From positions 73,164-137,163 of the forward strand of contig JAHDPL010000010.1 of NCBI GenBank assembly GCA_018434355.1: a DNA stretch of 64,000 nucleotides. Reading direction: 5' to 3'. Origin of the DNA: Sporomusaceae bacterium. GTDB taxonomy: Bacteria; Bacillota; Negativicutes; UBA1444. The position numbers were made by a program, and so were the translations under genes. Below, piece by piece: positions 18,140 to 28,438 of the stretch (the first letter of the stretch is position 1; each line of letters begins with the position of its first letter). A model generated the notes under the pieces. That model ran no database searches. It was given only the letters and a program-made list of their open reading frames with translations, and had not been told where the DNA came from.

Positions 18140-18430
18140 ATGGCGTTCGAGGACAAAACACTGAAGTGCAAAGACTGCGGCAAAGATTTCGTATTCACAA
18201 CCGGCGAGCAGCAATTCTACGCGGAGAAAGGCTTTGAAAACGAGCCAGTCCGTTGCAAGGACTGCCGAGATGTTCGGAAACGTGGCCGCGATGGCGGAGC
18301 GCCGTCCGGACCCCGCGAAATGTTCGATGCGGTTTGCGCGCAATGCGGTGCGGAAACACAGGTGCCGTTCAAGCCGCGCAATGATCGTCCGATCTTGTGC
18401 CGGGATTGCTTCACTTCCAGCCGTGGCTGA
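18140..18430 (+). CDS. Zinc-ribbon domain protein (conserved hypothetical, four CxxC motifs).
   Basis: MAFEDKTLKCKDCGKDFVFTTGEQQFYAEKGFENEPVRCKDCR followed by a second CxxC...CxxC pair. RBS aaggtgagggg. Confidence 0.7.
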   Translation: MAFEDKTLKCKDCGKDFVFTTGEQQFYAEKGFENEPVRCKDCRDVRKRGRDGGAPSGPREMFDAVCAQCGAETQVPFKPRNDRPILCRDCFTSSRG

Positions 18431-18457
18431 TTCGGTGGTATCATTTTAGTTTTTCTT

Positions 18458-18484
18458 GTCCGGGCGACATCGCCCGGACTTTTT
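18458..18484 (+). terminator. Rho-independent terminator.
   Basis: GTCCGGGCG-ACAT-CGCCCGGAC followed by TTTTT. Confidence 0.8.
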
Positions 18485-18700
18485 AATTTGTTGCTGCCTA
18501 TCGAACGAATAAATCGATATAGCCGAAAATTTGAGAAATTTTAAGGAATGGGCAGGTAATTTCCCTTATGCCGGCCAGACTCGGACTCAGCGGCCAATAT
18601 CGGCGATAATCCGGATTTACCAATTGGTCCCAATATGATAATTTATTCATGCCGGCTGCTTACGCGGTCGGTATTTTTATTTTTCAGGGGAGGTTTTAGT

Positions 18701-18898
18701 ATGACAGGCAAAGTGAAATGGTTCAGTGCGGAGCGGGGTTATGGCTTCATCAATCAGGAGGACGGCCAGGATATTTTCGTGCATTATTCCTCGATTGATT
18801 CAAAAGGGTTTCGCTGTCTGGAAACCGGACAAGCGGTGCAATATGACCTGGCAAGCAAGGACGACCGGCTGGAAGCGATTCATGTGACGAAATTATAG
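18701..18898 (+). CDS. Cold-shock protein (CspA family).
   Basis: MTGKVKWFSAERGYGFI...IFVHYSSI, 65 aa. RBS ggggagg. Confidence 0.9.
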   Translation: MTGKVKWFSAERGYGFINQEDGQDIFVHYSSIDSKGFRCLETGQAVQYDLASKDDRLEAIHVTKL

Positions 18899-18969
18899 TT
18901 TGTTCGCAGGAGTTTTGCCGAGCCGCGGAGAATAATAACAGCATAGATCATGAAAGGAGACGAAAACTC

Positions 18970-19497
18970 ATGGCTATTACTGTACGCGGCAAAAATCTTG
19001 ACATCACCCCGGCATTGCGAGACTACGTAGAAAAACGAGTCAAAAAAGTCACCAAGTATTTTGACAAGACAGGTGATATTGCCGTTATTCTCAAAGTGGA
19101 AAAAGGTCGCCACCAAGTCGAGGTGACCGTCCCTGTGGATGGGATCCTGCTCCGCGGCGAAGAATCAACCGCAGATATGTATGCTTCGATCGACCAGGTC
19201 ATGGACAAGATCGAAAAACAGATCGAAAAACACAAAACGAAACTGACCAAGAAATTCCGCGGCGGAGGGTTCCGGGCTGATGTAGCCTCAACTGTGACGG
19301 TGCCGGAAGTCGACGACGAAATCATCGTCCGGACCAAGAAGTTCGCGGTCAAGCCGATGGATCCGGAGGAAGCGATCCTGCAGATGAATCTGCTGCACCA
19401 CGATTTCTTCATGTTCCTCAATATCGAGACAGAGCAGGTGAATCTGGTCTATCGTCGTAAAGACGGACAGTTTGGCTTGCTGGAACCAGAATTCTAA
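18970..19497 (+). CDS. hpf: Ribosome hibernation promoting factor (long HPF / RaiA family).
   Basis: MAITVRGKNLDITPALRDYVEKRVKKVTKYF. 175 aa, long form. Confidence 0.9.
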   Translation: MAITVRGKNLDITPALRDYVEKRVKKVTKYFDKTGDIAVILKVEKGRHQVEVTVPVDGILLRGEESTADMYASIDQVMDKIEKQIEKHKTKLTKKFRGGGFRADVASTVTVPEVDDEIIVRTKKFAVKPMDPEEAILQMNLLHHDFFMFLNIETEQVNLVYRRKDGQFGLLEPEF

Positions 19498-19532
19498 ACC
19501 GGCGTTTCAACGCCTGACAAGCGGCACTTGCG

Positions 19533-19570
19533 CCCCGGTTATCGAAATTGCGATAACCGGGGCCTTTTTT
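19533..19570 (+). terminator. Rho-independent terminator after hpf.
   Basis: CCCCGGTTATCG-AAATTG-CGATAACCGGGG followed by CCTTTTTT. Confidence 0.8.
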
Positions 19571-19626
19571 GCACTTTGTCAGGGACTCTGATAAAATATC
19601 TTAGATAGGCAAAGGAGTGAGTAGAT

Positions 19627-22128
19627 TTGTTTGGTTTTCTAAAAAAACTGTTTGGTGACGATAACGAGAATGAAATCCGCCGCATGGAAGAGTATGTGGA
19701 GCGGATTAATGCGCTGGAACCGGCGATGAAACAACTTAGCGACGCTTCGCTGGCGGCCAAGACGGTTGAATTTCGGCAGCGGCTGGAGAACGGCGAAACA
19801 TTGGAACTGCTGTTGCCGGAAGCGTTTGCAGTGGTGCGGGAGGCCTCGTTGCGGACAACCGGCATGCGGCATTTTGACGTGCAGCTGCTTGGCGGCGTAA
19901 CGTTGCATGAGGGAAAAATCGCCGAGATGAAAACCGGCGAAGGCAAGACGCTGGTGGCGACGCTGCCGGTCTACCTGAATGCACTGGAAGGCAAGGGCGT
20001 TCATCTGGTGACGGTCAACGACTACCTGGCGAGGCGCGACAGCGAATGGATGGGACAGATTTATCGTTTCCTCGGCCTGTCTGTAGGCCTGATCGCACAC
20101 GGCCTTGATTTTGCCGATCGCAAGGCGGCCTATGCCGCCGATATCACTTACGGTACGAACAATGAATTCGGGTTTGACTATCTTCGCGACAACATGGTCA
20201 TCTATGCCGAGCAGATGGTGCAACGACCGCTGCACTACGCAATCGTCGACGAAGTGGACTCTATCCTGATCGATGAAGCGCGGACGCCGTTGATCATTTC
20301 CGGTCCCGGCGAAAAATCAACTGACCTGTATTATGTGCTGGCCAAAGTCGTGCCCAAGCTGCGCGAGGGCGAAGACTACACGATCGATGAGAAGCTGCAT
20401 ACGGTGGCGCCGACAGAGGCGGGCATCGCCAAAGCCGAACGGGCGCTGAACGTGAAAAACCTATACGAAAATGAAAACATGGAACTGTCGCACCATTTCA
20501 ACCAGGCGCTGCGGGCGCATGCCCTGATGCACCGCGACAAAGACTATGTGGTGAAAGACGGCGAAGTCATCATTGTCGATGAGTTCACCGGTCGGCTGAT
20601 GTTCGGCCGACGCTATTCCGACGGACTGCATCAGGCGATCGAGGCAAAGGAAGGCGTGAAGATCGAGCGCGAAAGCCAGACGCTGGCCACGATCACTTTC
20701 CAGAACTATTTCCGCATGTACAAAAAACTGGCCGGCATGACCGGAACCGCCAAGACCGAAGAGCAGGAGTTCCGCAAGATTTACGGACTGGATGTCATCG
20801 TCATTCCTACGCACCGTTCGATGGTGCGGACTGATTTCCCCGATGTCATCTACAAGACCAAACGGGCCAAATATAAGGCGGCGGTCAATGAAATCGCCGA
20901 ACTGAACGCCAAAGGCCAGCCGGTGCTGGTGGGGACGACGTCGATCGCCCAGTCGGAAGCGCTGTCCGATATGCTGAAACGGCAGGGCGTTGTGCATAAT
21001 GTTCTGAATGCGAAGTTTCATGAGATGGAGGCGCAGATCATCTCGCAGGCCGGTCAGCCCGGCGCGGTGACGATCGCTACCAATATGGCCGGTCGCGGCA
21101 CCGACATCGTGCTTGGCGAGGGCGTGCCTGAGCTGGGCGGATTGCACATCATCGGCACCGAGCGTCACGAAAGCCGCCGGATCGACAACCAGTTGCGCGG
21201 CCGTTCCGGTCGTCAGGGCGATCCGGGTTCTTCCCGTTTCTATCTGTCACTGGAAGATGACCTGATGCGCCTGTTTGGCGCCGACAATATCTCTTCGTTG
21301 ATGGACAAACTGGGCATGGAAGAAGATGAGCCGATCGAGCACGCGCTGATTTCACGTTCGATTGAGCAGGCGCAGAAGAAGGTTGAAGCGCATCATTTCA
21401 ATACCCGAAAACATGTGCTGGAATACGACGACGTAATGAACCAGCAGCGGGAAGTCATTTACGGGCAACGGCGCCAGATTTTGCACGGCGAAAATCTGCG
21501 CGAGAATATTTTCTTTATGATCGGCAAACTGGCCGACCGCGGCCTGCAACTGTTTGCCGATGAAAAAACGCATCCGGAAGACTGGGATCTGGACGCGTTG
21601 ATCGAATATGCCGAAGATCTTTTTGCAGCCGAAGGCGATCTGAAGAAGACCGAACTGGAAACAATGAATCGCGAAGAATTGCGCGAAGAGTTGATCGACG
21701 CCGCCAACGAGAATTACGACCGGCGCGAGCTGCTGTTTGGCGCGGAGAATATGCGCGATCTGGAAAAAGTGGTCATGCTGAAAGTGGTTGACGCCAAATG
21801 GATGGAACACCTCGATGCGATGGACATGCTGCGCCAGGGCATCGGACTGCGAGCCTACGGCCAAAAAGATCCACTGATCGAGTACAAGATCGAGGCGTTT
21901 GACATGTTCGGCCAGATGATCGAGAACATCCAGGAGGATATTGTTCGCTATATTTACCGGGTGAATATCGTGACCCAGGTCGAGGACCGGCTGGCCCAGG
22001 CGACGGCAGTTCACGGCGACGAAGAGCTGCCAAAAGAACCAGCCCGCAACAAGGATGCGGTCGGCCGCAACGATGCCTGCCCCTGCGGCAGCGGCAAGAA
22101 GTATAAGAAGTGCTGCGGCGCTAAGTAG
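19627..22128 (+). CDS. secA: Preprotein translocase ATPase SecA.
   Basis: 833 aa. DEAD-like motor motifs. C-terminal zinc-binding [14 protein letters not shown]. Confidence 0.95.
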   Translation: MFGFLKKLFGDDNENEIRRMEEYVERINALEPAMKQLSDASLAAKTVEFRQRLENGETLELLLPEAFAVVREASLRTTGMRHFDVQLLGGVTLHEGKIAEMKTGEGKTLVATLPVYLNALEGKGVHLVTVNDYLARRDSEWMGQIYRFLGLSVGLIAHGLDFADRKAAYAADITYGTNNEFGFDYLRDNMVIYAEQMVQRPLHYAIVDEVDSILIDEARTPLIISGPGEKSTDLYYVLAKVVPKLREGEDYTIDEKLHTVAPTEAGIAKAERALNVKNLYENENMELSHHFNQALRAHALMHRDKDYVVKDGEVIIVDEFTGRLMFGRRYSDGLHQAIEAKEGVKIERESQTLATITFQNYFRMYKKLAGMTGTAKTEEQEFRKIYGLDVIVIPTHRSMVRTDFPDVIYKTKRAKYKAAVNEIAELNAKGQPVLVGTTSIAQSEALSDMLKRQGVVHNVLNAKFHEMEAQIISQAGQPGAVTIATNMAGRGTDIVLGEGVPELGGLHIIGTERHESRRIDNQLRGRSGRQGDPGSSRFYLSLEDDLMRLFGADNISSLMDKLGMEEDEPIEHALISRSIEQAQKKVEAHHFNTRKHVLEYDDVMNQQREVIYGQRRQILHGENLRENIFFMIGKLADRGLQLFADEKTHPEDWDLDALIEYAEDLFAAEGDLKKTELETMNREELREELIDAANENYDRRELLFGAENMRDLEKVVMLKVVDAKWMEHLDAMDMLRQGIGLRAYGQKDPLIEYKIEAFDMFGQMIENIQEDIVRYIYRVNIVTQVEDRLAQATAVHGDEELPKEPARNKDAVGRNDACPCGSGKKYKKCCGAK

Positions 22129-22729
22129 CAGGATTTCCAGGCGGCGCACCTGCGTTTCGATGTTCGACGTATCAGGGAACGCTGAATAACTCGATTGCCG
22201 TATTGGAATCTTGATTCGCAGCGCCTTGCGACTGGTTTTTCTGGTCGGCCAGAAAAGCTTCATCCATCGCTTCTGGCCTCAAATCAACATCCTTGTTGAT
22301 TTGCCCAGCAAAACTGCGTCGCTTCGTCGGCGAAGACTACGACTCCAATCCAAGGCAATCTATGTTATTTCAGCAGTTCCCTTGCACTGGCCTTTTGCTA
22401 AAACAATAGTTGGCAAAACATCGTTGCATGAGATTGTGGTTGCCAAAATAGTCGAATACATTTGATTTTCAGCTTACAATTCGTCGATGAGCAGAACGGA
22501 TTTGGATGGTAAAATCGGCAAGGATGCCGATTTTAGGCCTCACAGCGGCGGAAGAAGCGTTTGAGGCCGACCTGCAAATCAGTGACGCAAGTCGATACGA
22601 ATTGTGGGGAAAATATCTGTAAGAGACTTTTGGCACCACAATCAGTCAGGCGAAAGCGCAGCAACTTAGTTTTAGCACAAGGCAAGACAACTAATGACCA
22701 CTAATTAAGTTTTTAGGAGTGAAGCACAA

Positions 22730-23834
22730 TTGTTGCTATCTGAATGGAAAGGCCCGATCGAACAGCTGGGCCAACAGGTGGAAGACCTCCGGAGGTCTCT
22801 TTGACGTAGCCGAAAAGGAAATCCAGATCGCCCGCCTGGAACGGGTCACAGAGTCGCACGACCTGTGGGAAGACCCGGAGGCGGCGCAGAAAGTGATGCG
22901 CGATCTGACGGCGCTGCGTGCACCGGTTGAACAATATAATGACCTTAAGCAGCGCCACGAGGATATCGCGGCTCTCTGGGACCTAGGCATGGAAGAGAAT
23001 GACGACAGCGTCCAGTCGGAGCTGGAGACGATGATTAAAGAGCTGGAACATGACATCGAGCAGTTGCAGCTTTCTTTGATGCTGTCCGGCGAATATGACG
23101 CAAATAATGCGATTCTCACGCTACATGCAGGCGCAGGCGGCACCGAGGCCCAGGACTGGGCCCAGATGCTGTTGCGGATGTATGTGCGCTATGCTGAGCG
23201 GAACCGATATCGCGTGGAAACGATGGATTTTCAGGACGGCGACGAGGCGGGCGTCAAAAGCGCCACGCTGTTGATTTCCGGCCGCAATGCCTATGGCTAT
23301 CTGAAAGCGGAAAAAGGCGTGCACAGGCTGGTGCGGATATCGCCGTTCGATTCGAATGCCCGTCGCCATACGTCCTTTGCCGCGGTCGACGTGATGCCGG
23401 AGATTGACGATAGCGTGCAGATCGAGATCCGGGCCGAAGACCTGAAGGTCGATACGTTCCGCGCCGGCGGGGCCGGCGGACAGCATATCAACAAGACCGA
23501 TTCGGCGGTGCGGATGACCCACCTGCCGACCGGCGTGATCGTGCAGTGCCAGAGCGAGCGGTCGCAAATCCAGAACCGCGAGCAGTGCATGCGGCTTCTC
23601 AGGGCTCGGCTGTTTGAGCTGGAGCGCGAGCGTCAAGCGGCGGAAAAAGCCGAACTGGCCGGCGATTATCAGAAGATCGAGTGGGGCAGCCAGATCCGTT
23701 CTTATGTCTTCCATCCCTACAGCATGGTCAAAGATCATCGCACCAGCCATGAAACAGGCAATGTGCAGGCCGTGATGGACGGCGATCTGGACGGGTTCAT
23801 CGAAGCCTATCTGAAGAATAAAGCCGGAGTGTAG
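22730..23834 (+). CDS. prfB: Peptide chain release factor 2, made by a programmed +1 frameshift. Frame 1 runs 22730..22801 and frame 2 runs 22803..23834.
   Basis: TTG at 22730 after AGGAG. 24 codons end in CTT TGA C, and the main RF2 body lies in the +1 frame (GGQ motif: FRAGGAGGQHINKTDSAVR). An SD-like GGAGG sits just before the shift site. Confidence 0.85.
22796..22805 (+). other. RF2 autoregulatory +1 frameshift site (UCU CUU UGA C) with an upstream internal SD-like GGAGG.
   Basis: In-frame UGA at codon 25, immediately followed by C. The downstream frame encodes the RF2 body. Confidence 0.8.
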
Positions 23835-23835
23835 A

Positions 23836-24513
23836 ATGATGAATAAAAAAGTGATCATCGGTTTTTTGGCCGCCAGTATTGCTTTCAGTGAAATCATCAC
23901 GCCGCTGGCCGCCTCCTGGTGGCTGGACCAGGCGCTGAACAAGGTGATGCCGGCTCGTCAGCACAATGTTTCGGCCCGATCGTTGCCTGGAGTGACGCTG
24001 TGGCTGGGTCGGTTCGACAGTGTGAAATCGGTGGCGGAAGAAGCCCGGATCGATGGACTGAAAATACAGGAGGCGCGGGTCACGATCGACGACGCCAGGC
24101 TGGATATGGCCGAACTGGCAGGCAATAGCCGGATCGCGGTCAAGCAGGTGCGGGATCTGCAGATCATGCTGAGAGTCAACGAAAAAGACCTGGCCGAATA
24201 TCTCGGCAACAAGGTCAAAGAGGTCAAAAACCCCAGCGTGAAAATCCTCAAGGATAAAATTGAAATTCGCAGCGATGTCGATCTGGGCATTCTCAAATTG
24301 GCGGTGGGCGTCGATGGCCGGATTGTCGGCGACGCGAGTTCGATTCGTTTTCGCAGCGACCGGCTGGAAGTCAAGAACGCCGGCGGCCTCAATTTTGGCG
24401 CATTGTTTGCCGAAATTCCACTGCTGGATCTGACCAAACTGCCGTTCAAGGTTGCTGTGCGTAAAATCGTCACCGATGCAGGAGTCATCACGATCTATGC
24501 CGATAATCATTGA
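23836..24513 (+). CDS. DUF2993 (LmeA-like) membrane-anchored protein.
   Basis: N-terminal TM helix. About 225 aa. Domain assignment recalled from memory, not searched. Confidence 0.45.
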   Translation: MMNKKVIIGFLAASIAFSEIITPLAASWWLDQALNKVMPARQHNVSARSLPGVTLWLGRFDSVKSVAEEARIDGLKIQEARVTIDDARLDMAELAGNSRIAVKQVRDLQIMLRVNEKDLAEYLGNKVKEVKNPSVKILKDKIEIRSDVDLGILKLAVGVDGRIVGDASSIRFRSDRLEVKNAGGLNFGALFAEIPLLDLTKLPFKVAVRKIVTDAGVITIYADNH

Positions 24514-24543
24514 CTATTCTGCGCGATAAGGGTGGAATGAAAC

Positions 24544-26604
24544 TTGCTCGTTTTTCGCTATAACCGGGTACTGATTGCGTTGATCATCATCGGACTGGTT
24601 GCGGCTTCGTTCGTAACCTGGCAGCGTCATGTCATCGAACGGGCCAACGTTCAGGTCGAGTTGGTGTCGGATTATGATGAAATCGTCGAAATGGCAAGGA
24701 TTGACGGGATTCCCCTGCAAGCGGCCTTTCGCCAGTTGAAGAATGCTGGGCTGACTTCGCTGGCCGTATTTGAAACGACCCTGGAAAAATTGGCTGCCAG
24801 CGGTGTGGTCACTGCCGTCTCCACGACGCAGATTTTGCATAGCTATCATGCCGGGACGCTGACCAACTGGTGGTGGCGCAACGAAGTGGAATCCGGTCGG
24901 CTGGCCGCCGGCCAGGTTTATGTGCTGGACCGCGAGACCGACCGTTTTGCCGAAGTGCATAGCGACTTGGAACGGCGTGTCGGCAAGCATCGGGTTCGCT
25001 ATTTCAATGAAGCGAGCCGGCGGTTTTTGATTGTTGATGCGCCTTACGAATCGCTGATTTATTGGAACCTGGGTCTGCCTACCTATGAGATGCAGACGGC
25101 GGCGTCCAATGGGTTCCTTATCTTGGCGCGACCGACCAACTATGCAAAAGTGAAGCCGGATGATGTGAAGGCTGTGTTTGAACGGATCGATTCTGTCGGT
25201 GCTGCGGTTACCGGGCTATATTTTGTCGGCGACGAAGTGCTGGGATTCCCCGATCAGCTGCCGCTTGTGGCGGCGGAAATGAAGAAACGCGGCATGTCGC
25301 TGGCGATGCTGGAGCATTATACGCAGTTGCAGTTCAAAAATCAGGACGGAATGTTTGCGCTCGGCGAATTGACCGGTTACTCGGTGGCCCGTCTGCACCA
25401 GCTGCTGAAAGTCGAGCAACCGAAACTGTCGGTGGCGGAGGCGATTCATCGTCAGGTGCTCGGCAGTCGTGAACGCAATATCCGGATCCAGTATCTGAAG
25501 ATGTACCAACGGCCATTGCCCGGCAAAAGCCTGATTGAAACGCATGTGGCCTATGTCGGCGGCGTAAAGTCGGGCCTGGAATCTTACGGCGTGCCGACAG
25601 GACCGGCCACGACCTTTCCTCCCTACATGCCTAATCGTTATTTGTTGATTCTTATGACGATCGGTACGGTGGCGGCCGGCGTGCTGCTGCTGAGTGTGAT
25701 GCTGCCGGTGCCACGCCGTCTGCAATATGCGCTGGTGGCGCTACTGTCAGCAGGGCTTGGCTTGCCGTTGCTATTCGGTCCGGCTACTCTACCCAGGCAA
25801 ATCACTGCGTTTGGCAGTGCCGTGCTGTTTCCGGTGCTGGCAATGACCTGGCAGATGGACCGTTGGCGGGCGACCGCACCGCGCGGCGGTGCCAGCTTGA
25901 TTCGGATCATGCTGGATGGGATCACTGGCGTATCACGGACTTTTTTGATGGCGATGGTGGGTGGTATCTATCTGGCTGCGCTATTGGCCGATACCCGGTT
26001 TCTGCTGGAAATGGAGATTTTTCGCGGCGTCAAGCTGACGTTCGTCTTGCCGTTGCTGCTGATAAGTATCGTGTATCTGACCCGGTTCAACCTATTCCCC
26101 GGCGTGGATGCGGATGATTCGAGGCATCTCTGGGCGCGACTGCTACATGTGCTGGATTATCCCGCCTATATTAAGACGTTGCTCGGGTTTGGCGTGGCGG
26201 CGGCGATCATTTATGTGTTTGTCGGCCGCTCCGGTCATTCTGCCGGCATCCCTGTGCCGGAGATTGAGATCAAACTGCGGCGATTCCTAGAGGTCACGTT
26301 GTATGCCCGACCGCGCGAAAAAGAGTTTCTGATCGGCCATCCTTCCTTCTTTATCGCGGTGATGGCGCTGTATCAAAACTGGCCGCGACTGTTCCATTTT
26401 GCCTTTGTCGTGGCGGCGACCATCGCTCAGGGTTCGCTCGTGGAAACATTCGCCCATATGCGTACGCCGGTCTATATGTCGCTGGCCCGCGGCGTGGACG
26501 GGTTGTTCCTCGGTGTTGTGCTCGGCTTGCTTGCGATTGTCGGCTTTCACTGGCTGCAAACGCTGACGTTCCTGCTGCGAAGGAGATTGCCGTCGGATGA
26601 GTAA
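24544..26604 (+). CDS. Large membrane protein (DUF5693-like) that typically partners with CsaB.
   Basis: 686 aa. Multiple C-terminal TM helices. Translationally coupled to csaB (8-nt overlap). Confidence 0.5.
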   Translation: MLVFRYNRVLIALIIIGLVAASFVTWQRHVIERANVQVELVSDYDEIVEMARIDGIPLQAAFRQLKNAGLTSLAVFETTLEKLAASGVVTAVSTTQILHSYHAGTLTNWWWRNEVESGRLAAGQVYVLDRETDRFAEVHSDLERRVGKHRVRYFNEASRRFLIVDAPYESLIYWNLGLPTYEMQTAASNGFLILARPTNYAKVKPDDVKAVFERIDSVGAAVTGLYFVGDEVLGFPDQLPLVAAEMKKRGMSLAMLEHYTQLQFKNQDGMFALGELTGYSVARLHQLLKVEQPKLSVAEAIHRQVLGSRERNIRIQYLKMYQRPLPGKSLIETHVAYVGGVKSGLESYGVPTGPATTFPPYMPNRYLLILMTIGTVAAGVLLLSVMLPVPRRLQYALVALLSAGLGLPLLFGPATLPRQITAFGSAVLFPVLAMTWQMDRWRATAPRGGASLIRIMLDGITGVSRTFLMAMVGGIYLAALLADTRFLLEMEIFRGVKLTFVLPLLLISIVYLTRFNLFPGVDADDSRHLWARLLHVLDYPAYIKTLLGFGVAAAIIYVFVGRSGHSAGIPVPEIEIKLRRFLEVTLYARPREKEFLIGHPSFFIAVMALYQNWPRLFHFAFVVAATIAQGSLVETFAHMRTPVYMSLARGVDGLFLGVVLGLLAIVGFHWLQTLTFLLRRRLPSDE

Positions 26605-27691
26605 ATTGGTGATCTCGGGTTATTATGGTTTTGGCAATGCCGGCGACGAAGCGATGTTGTCGGCGATGGTGAGCGCGCTGCGCGCATTGGACCCAACGCT
26701 GTCGATCACGGTGATTTCCGGCAATCCGGCTGATACCTGCCGCCGCTATCCGGTAGCATCGGTACATCGGCTCAATCTATGGGGAATCGCGCAGGCGCTG
26801 CGGCAGGCCGATCTACTGGTCAGCGGCGGCGGTAGTCTGCTACAGGATGTCACCAGTGGCCGCAGTATCTTTTATTATCTGGGAGTTCTGCAACTGGCCT
26901 GTCTGCTTGGCTGTCCGATCATGCTGTACGCGCAGGGGATCGGGCCGATCCGCAGCAAACTGGCCCGTTCGCTCATGCGCCATATTGGCAACCGAATCGT
27001 TGCCGGCACCGTTCGTGATGCCGGTTCACTGGCTGAACTGTCAGGACTGGGCGTTGCTACCGACAAAGTATCGGTGACGGCCGACCCGGTGTTGGCGTTG
27101 CCGCCGGTTGAGCTAACCGCCGGGCGTGACATCCTGGACAGCCTGTCTATGCAGGGGGAGGGCCCGCTAATCGGCTTTGCGGTGCGTGAATGGCAGGGCC
27201 AGGCACATTTTAAGAATATCTTTGCTGCTGTCGCCGACCGGTTGGTGCTGGAACGGGGCGCCCGCATCGTGTTTCTGCCGATGCAGTGCCCGGATGATCT
27301 GCAAGCTTCACGGCTGGTGGCCGGACGGATGAACCAACCGCATGCGATGCTGGGCTACAAGGCGGATACCGAGGAATTGCTGTCGATTGTCGGCAATCTT
27401 GACCTGTTGGTCGGGGTACGGCTGCATGCGCTGATTTTTGCAGCAGTGATGGATGTGCCGTTTCTCGGCGTGTCTTACGACCCGAAGATTGATCGGTTTC
27501 TGGAAACCCTGGCCGAAACGCCGGTGGGAAATCTGGAGTCTCTGACAGCGGAAAGCCTGTTTGCCCGTATCGAACAGAGTCTGACCGATCAGCCGGCGCG
27601 GCAACGGCGGCGGCAACGGGTCGATGAGCTGCGGCGGCAGGCTCTGTCCAATGCCGAGCGGGCGATCGACCTGGTCGAAAAAAAGGGATAA
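26597..27691 (+). CDS. csaB: Polysaccharide pyruvyl transferase CsaB.
   Basis: MSKLVISGYYGFGNAGDEAML...LLVSGGGSLLQD is typical of CsaB. Confidence 0.8.
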   Translation: MSKLVISGYYGFGNAGDEAMLSAMVSALRALDPTLSITVISGNPADTCRRYPVASVHRLNLWGIAQALRQADLLVSGGGSLLQDVTSGRSIFYYLGVLQLACLLGCPIMLYAQGIGPIRSKLARSLMRHIGNRIVAGTVRDAGSLAELSGLGVATDKVSVTADPVLALPPVELTAGRDILDSLSMQGEGPLIGFAVREWQGQAHFKNIFAAVADRLVLERGARIVFLPMQCPDDLQASRLVAGRMNQPHAMLGYKADTEELLSIVGNLDLLVGVRLHALIFAAVMDVPFLGVSYDPKIDRFLETLAETPVGNLESLTAESLFARIEQSLTDQPARQRRRQRVDELRRQALSNAERAIDLVEKKG

Positions 27692-27751
27692 CGCATCTTT
27701 TGGCGAAATATAATAAGTTAAGCAAAGAACTTGCGGGAGTGAGCAGACGCT

Positions 27752-28438
27752 TTGATTCATTTGAATGAAGTGACCAAGGTTTTTGATGATGGTTTTGTCG
27801 CCTTGTCTAATGTAAGCCTGAAAATCGGTAAAGGCGAATTCGCTTTTGTGGTCGGTCCCAGTGGAGCCGGCAAGTCGACGCTGATAAAGTTGTTGTTTCG
27901 CGAACAATTGGTTTCCGCCGGTGAGATCATTGTCAACGGTCGAAACCTGACTGAGCTGCAACCGCAGGAGATTCCCTATTTCCGGCGGTCTCTCGGTATC
28001 GTGTTCCAGGATTTCCGGCTATTGCCTGACAAAAATTGTTATGAAAACGTGGCGTTCGCGATGCGGGTGATTGAGGCGTCGCGGCGCGATATCCAGCGTC
28101 GGGTCAAACATGTGCTGGACCTTGTAGGCTTGCTGCCGAAAGCGAAGATCTATCCGGCCCAGCTCTCCGGCGGCGAGCAGCAACGGGTTGCGATCGCCCG
28201 CGCGATTGTCAATAACCCGGCGGTGTTGATCGCCGACGAACCGACCGGCAACCTCGACCCGGAGACGACTTGGGAGACGATGCGGATTTTTGAACGGATC
28301 AACCAAAGCGGCACGACGATTTTGATGGTCACGCACGACAAACCGATCGTCGACCAGATGATGAAACGGGTCATTGCGCTGGAAAACGGCCGGATCACCC
28401 GGGATGAGTCCAAGGGAGTCTATGGCTATGAAGATTAG
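27752..28438 (+). CDS. ftsE: Cell division ATP-binding protein FtsE.
   Basis: Walker A GPSGAGKST. ABC signature LSGGEQQR. 228 aa. Confidence 0.9.
   Translation: MIHLNEVTKVFDDGFVALSNVSLKIGKGEFAFVVGPSGAGKSTLIKLLFREQLVSAGEIIVNGRNLTELQPQEIPYFRRSLGIVFQDFRLLPDKNCYENVAFAMRVIEASRRDIQRRVKHVLDLVGLLPKAKIYPAQLSGGEQQRVAIARAIVNNPAVLIADEPTGNLDPETTWETMRIFERINQSGTTILMVTHDKPIVDQMMKRVIALENGRITRDESKGVYGYED

Noticed and set aside
17855-18343. 162-aa minus-strand ORF covering the candidate structured RNA and part of the zinc-ribbon gene.
   Set aside because: No RBS or homology. Overlaps a real plus-strand gene. The region is better explained as promoter plus structured leader.
20461-22263. Two long minus-strand ORFs (235 and 303 aa) inside secA.
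   Set aside because: Antisense to an unambiguous SecA coding sequence. Compositionally biased with no recognisable motifs.
22211-22465. 84-aa ORF in the secA-prfB spacer.
   Set aside because: Arg-rich low-complexity translation with no RBS. Treated as non-coding.
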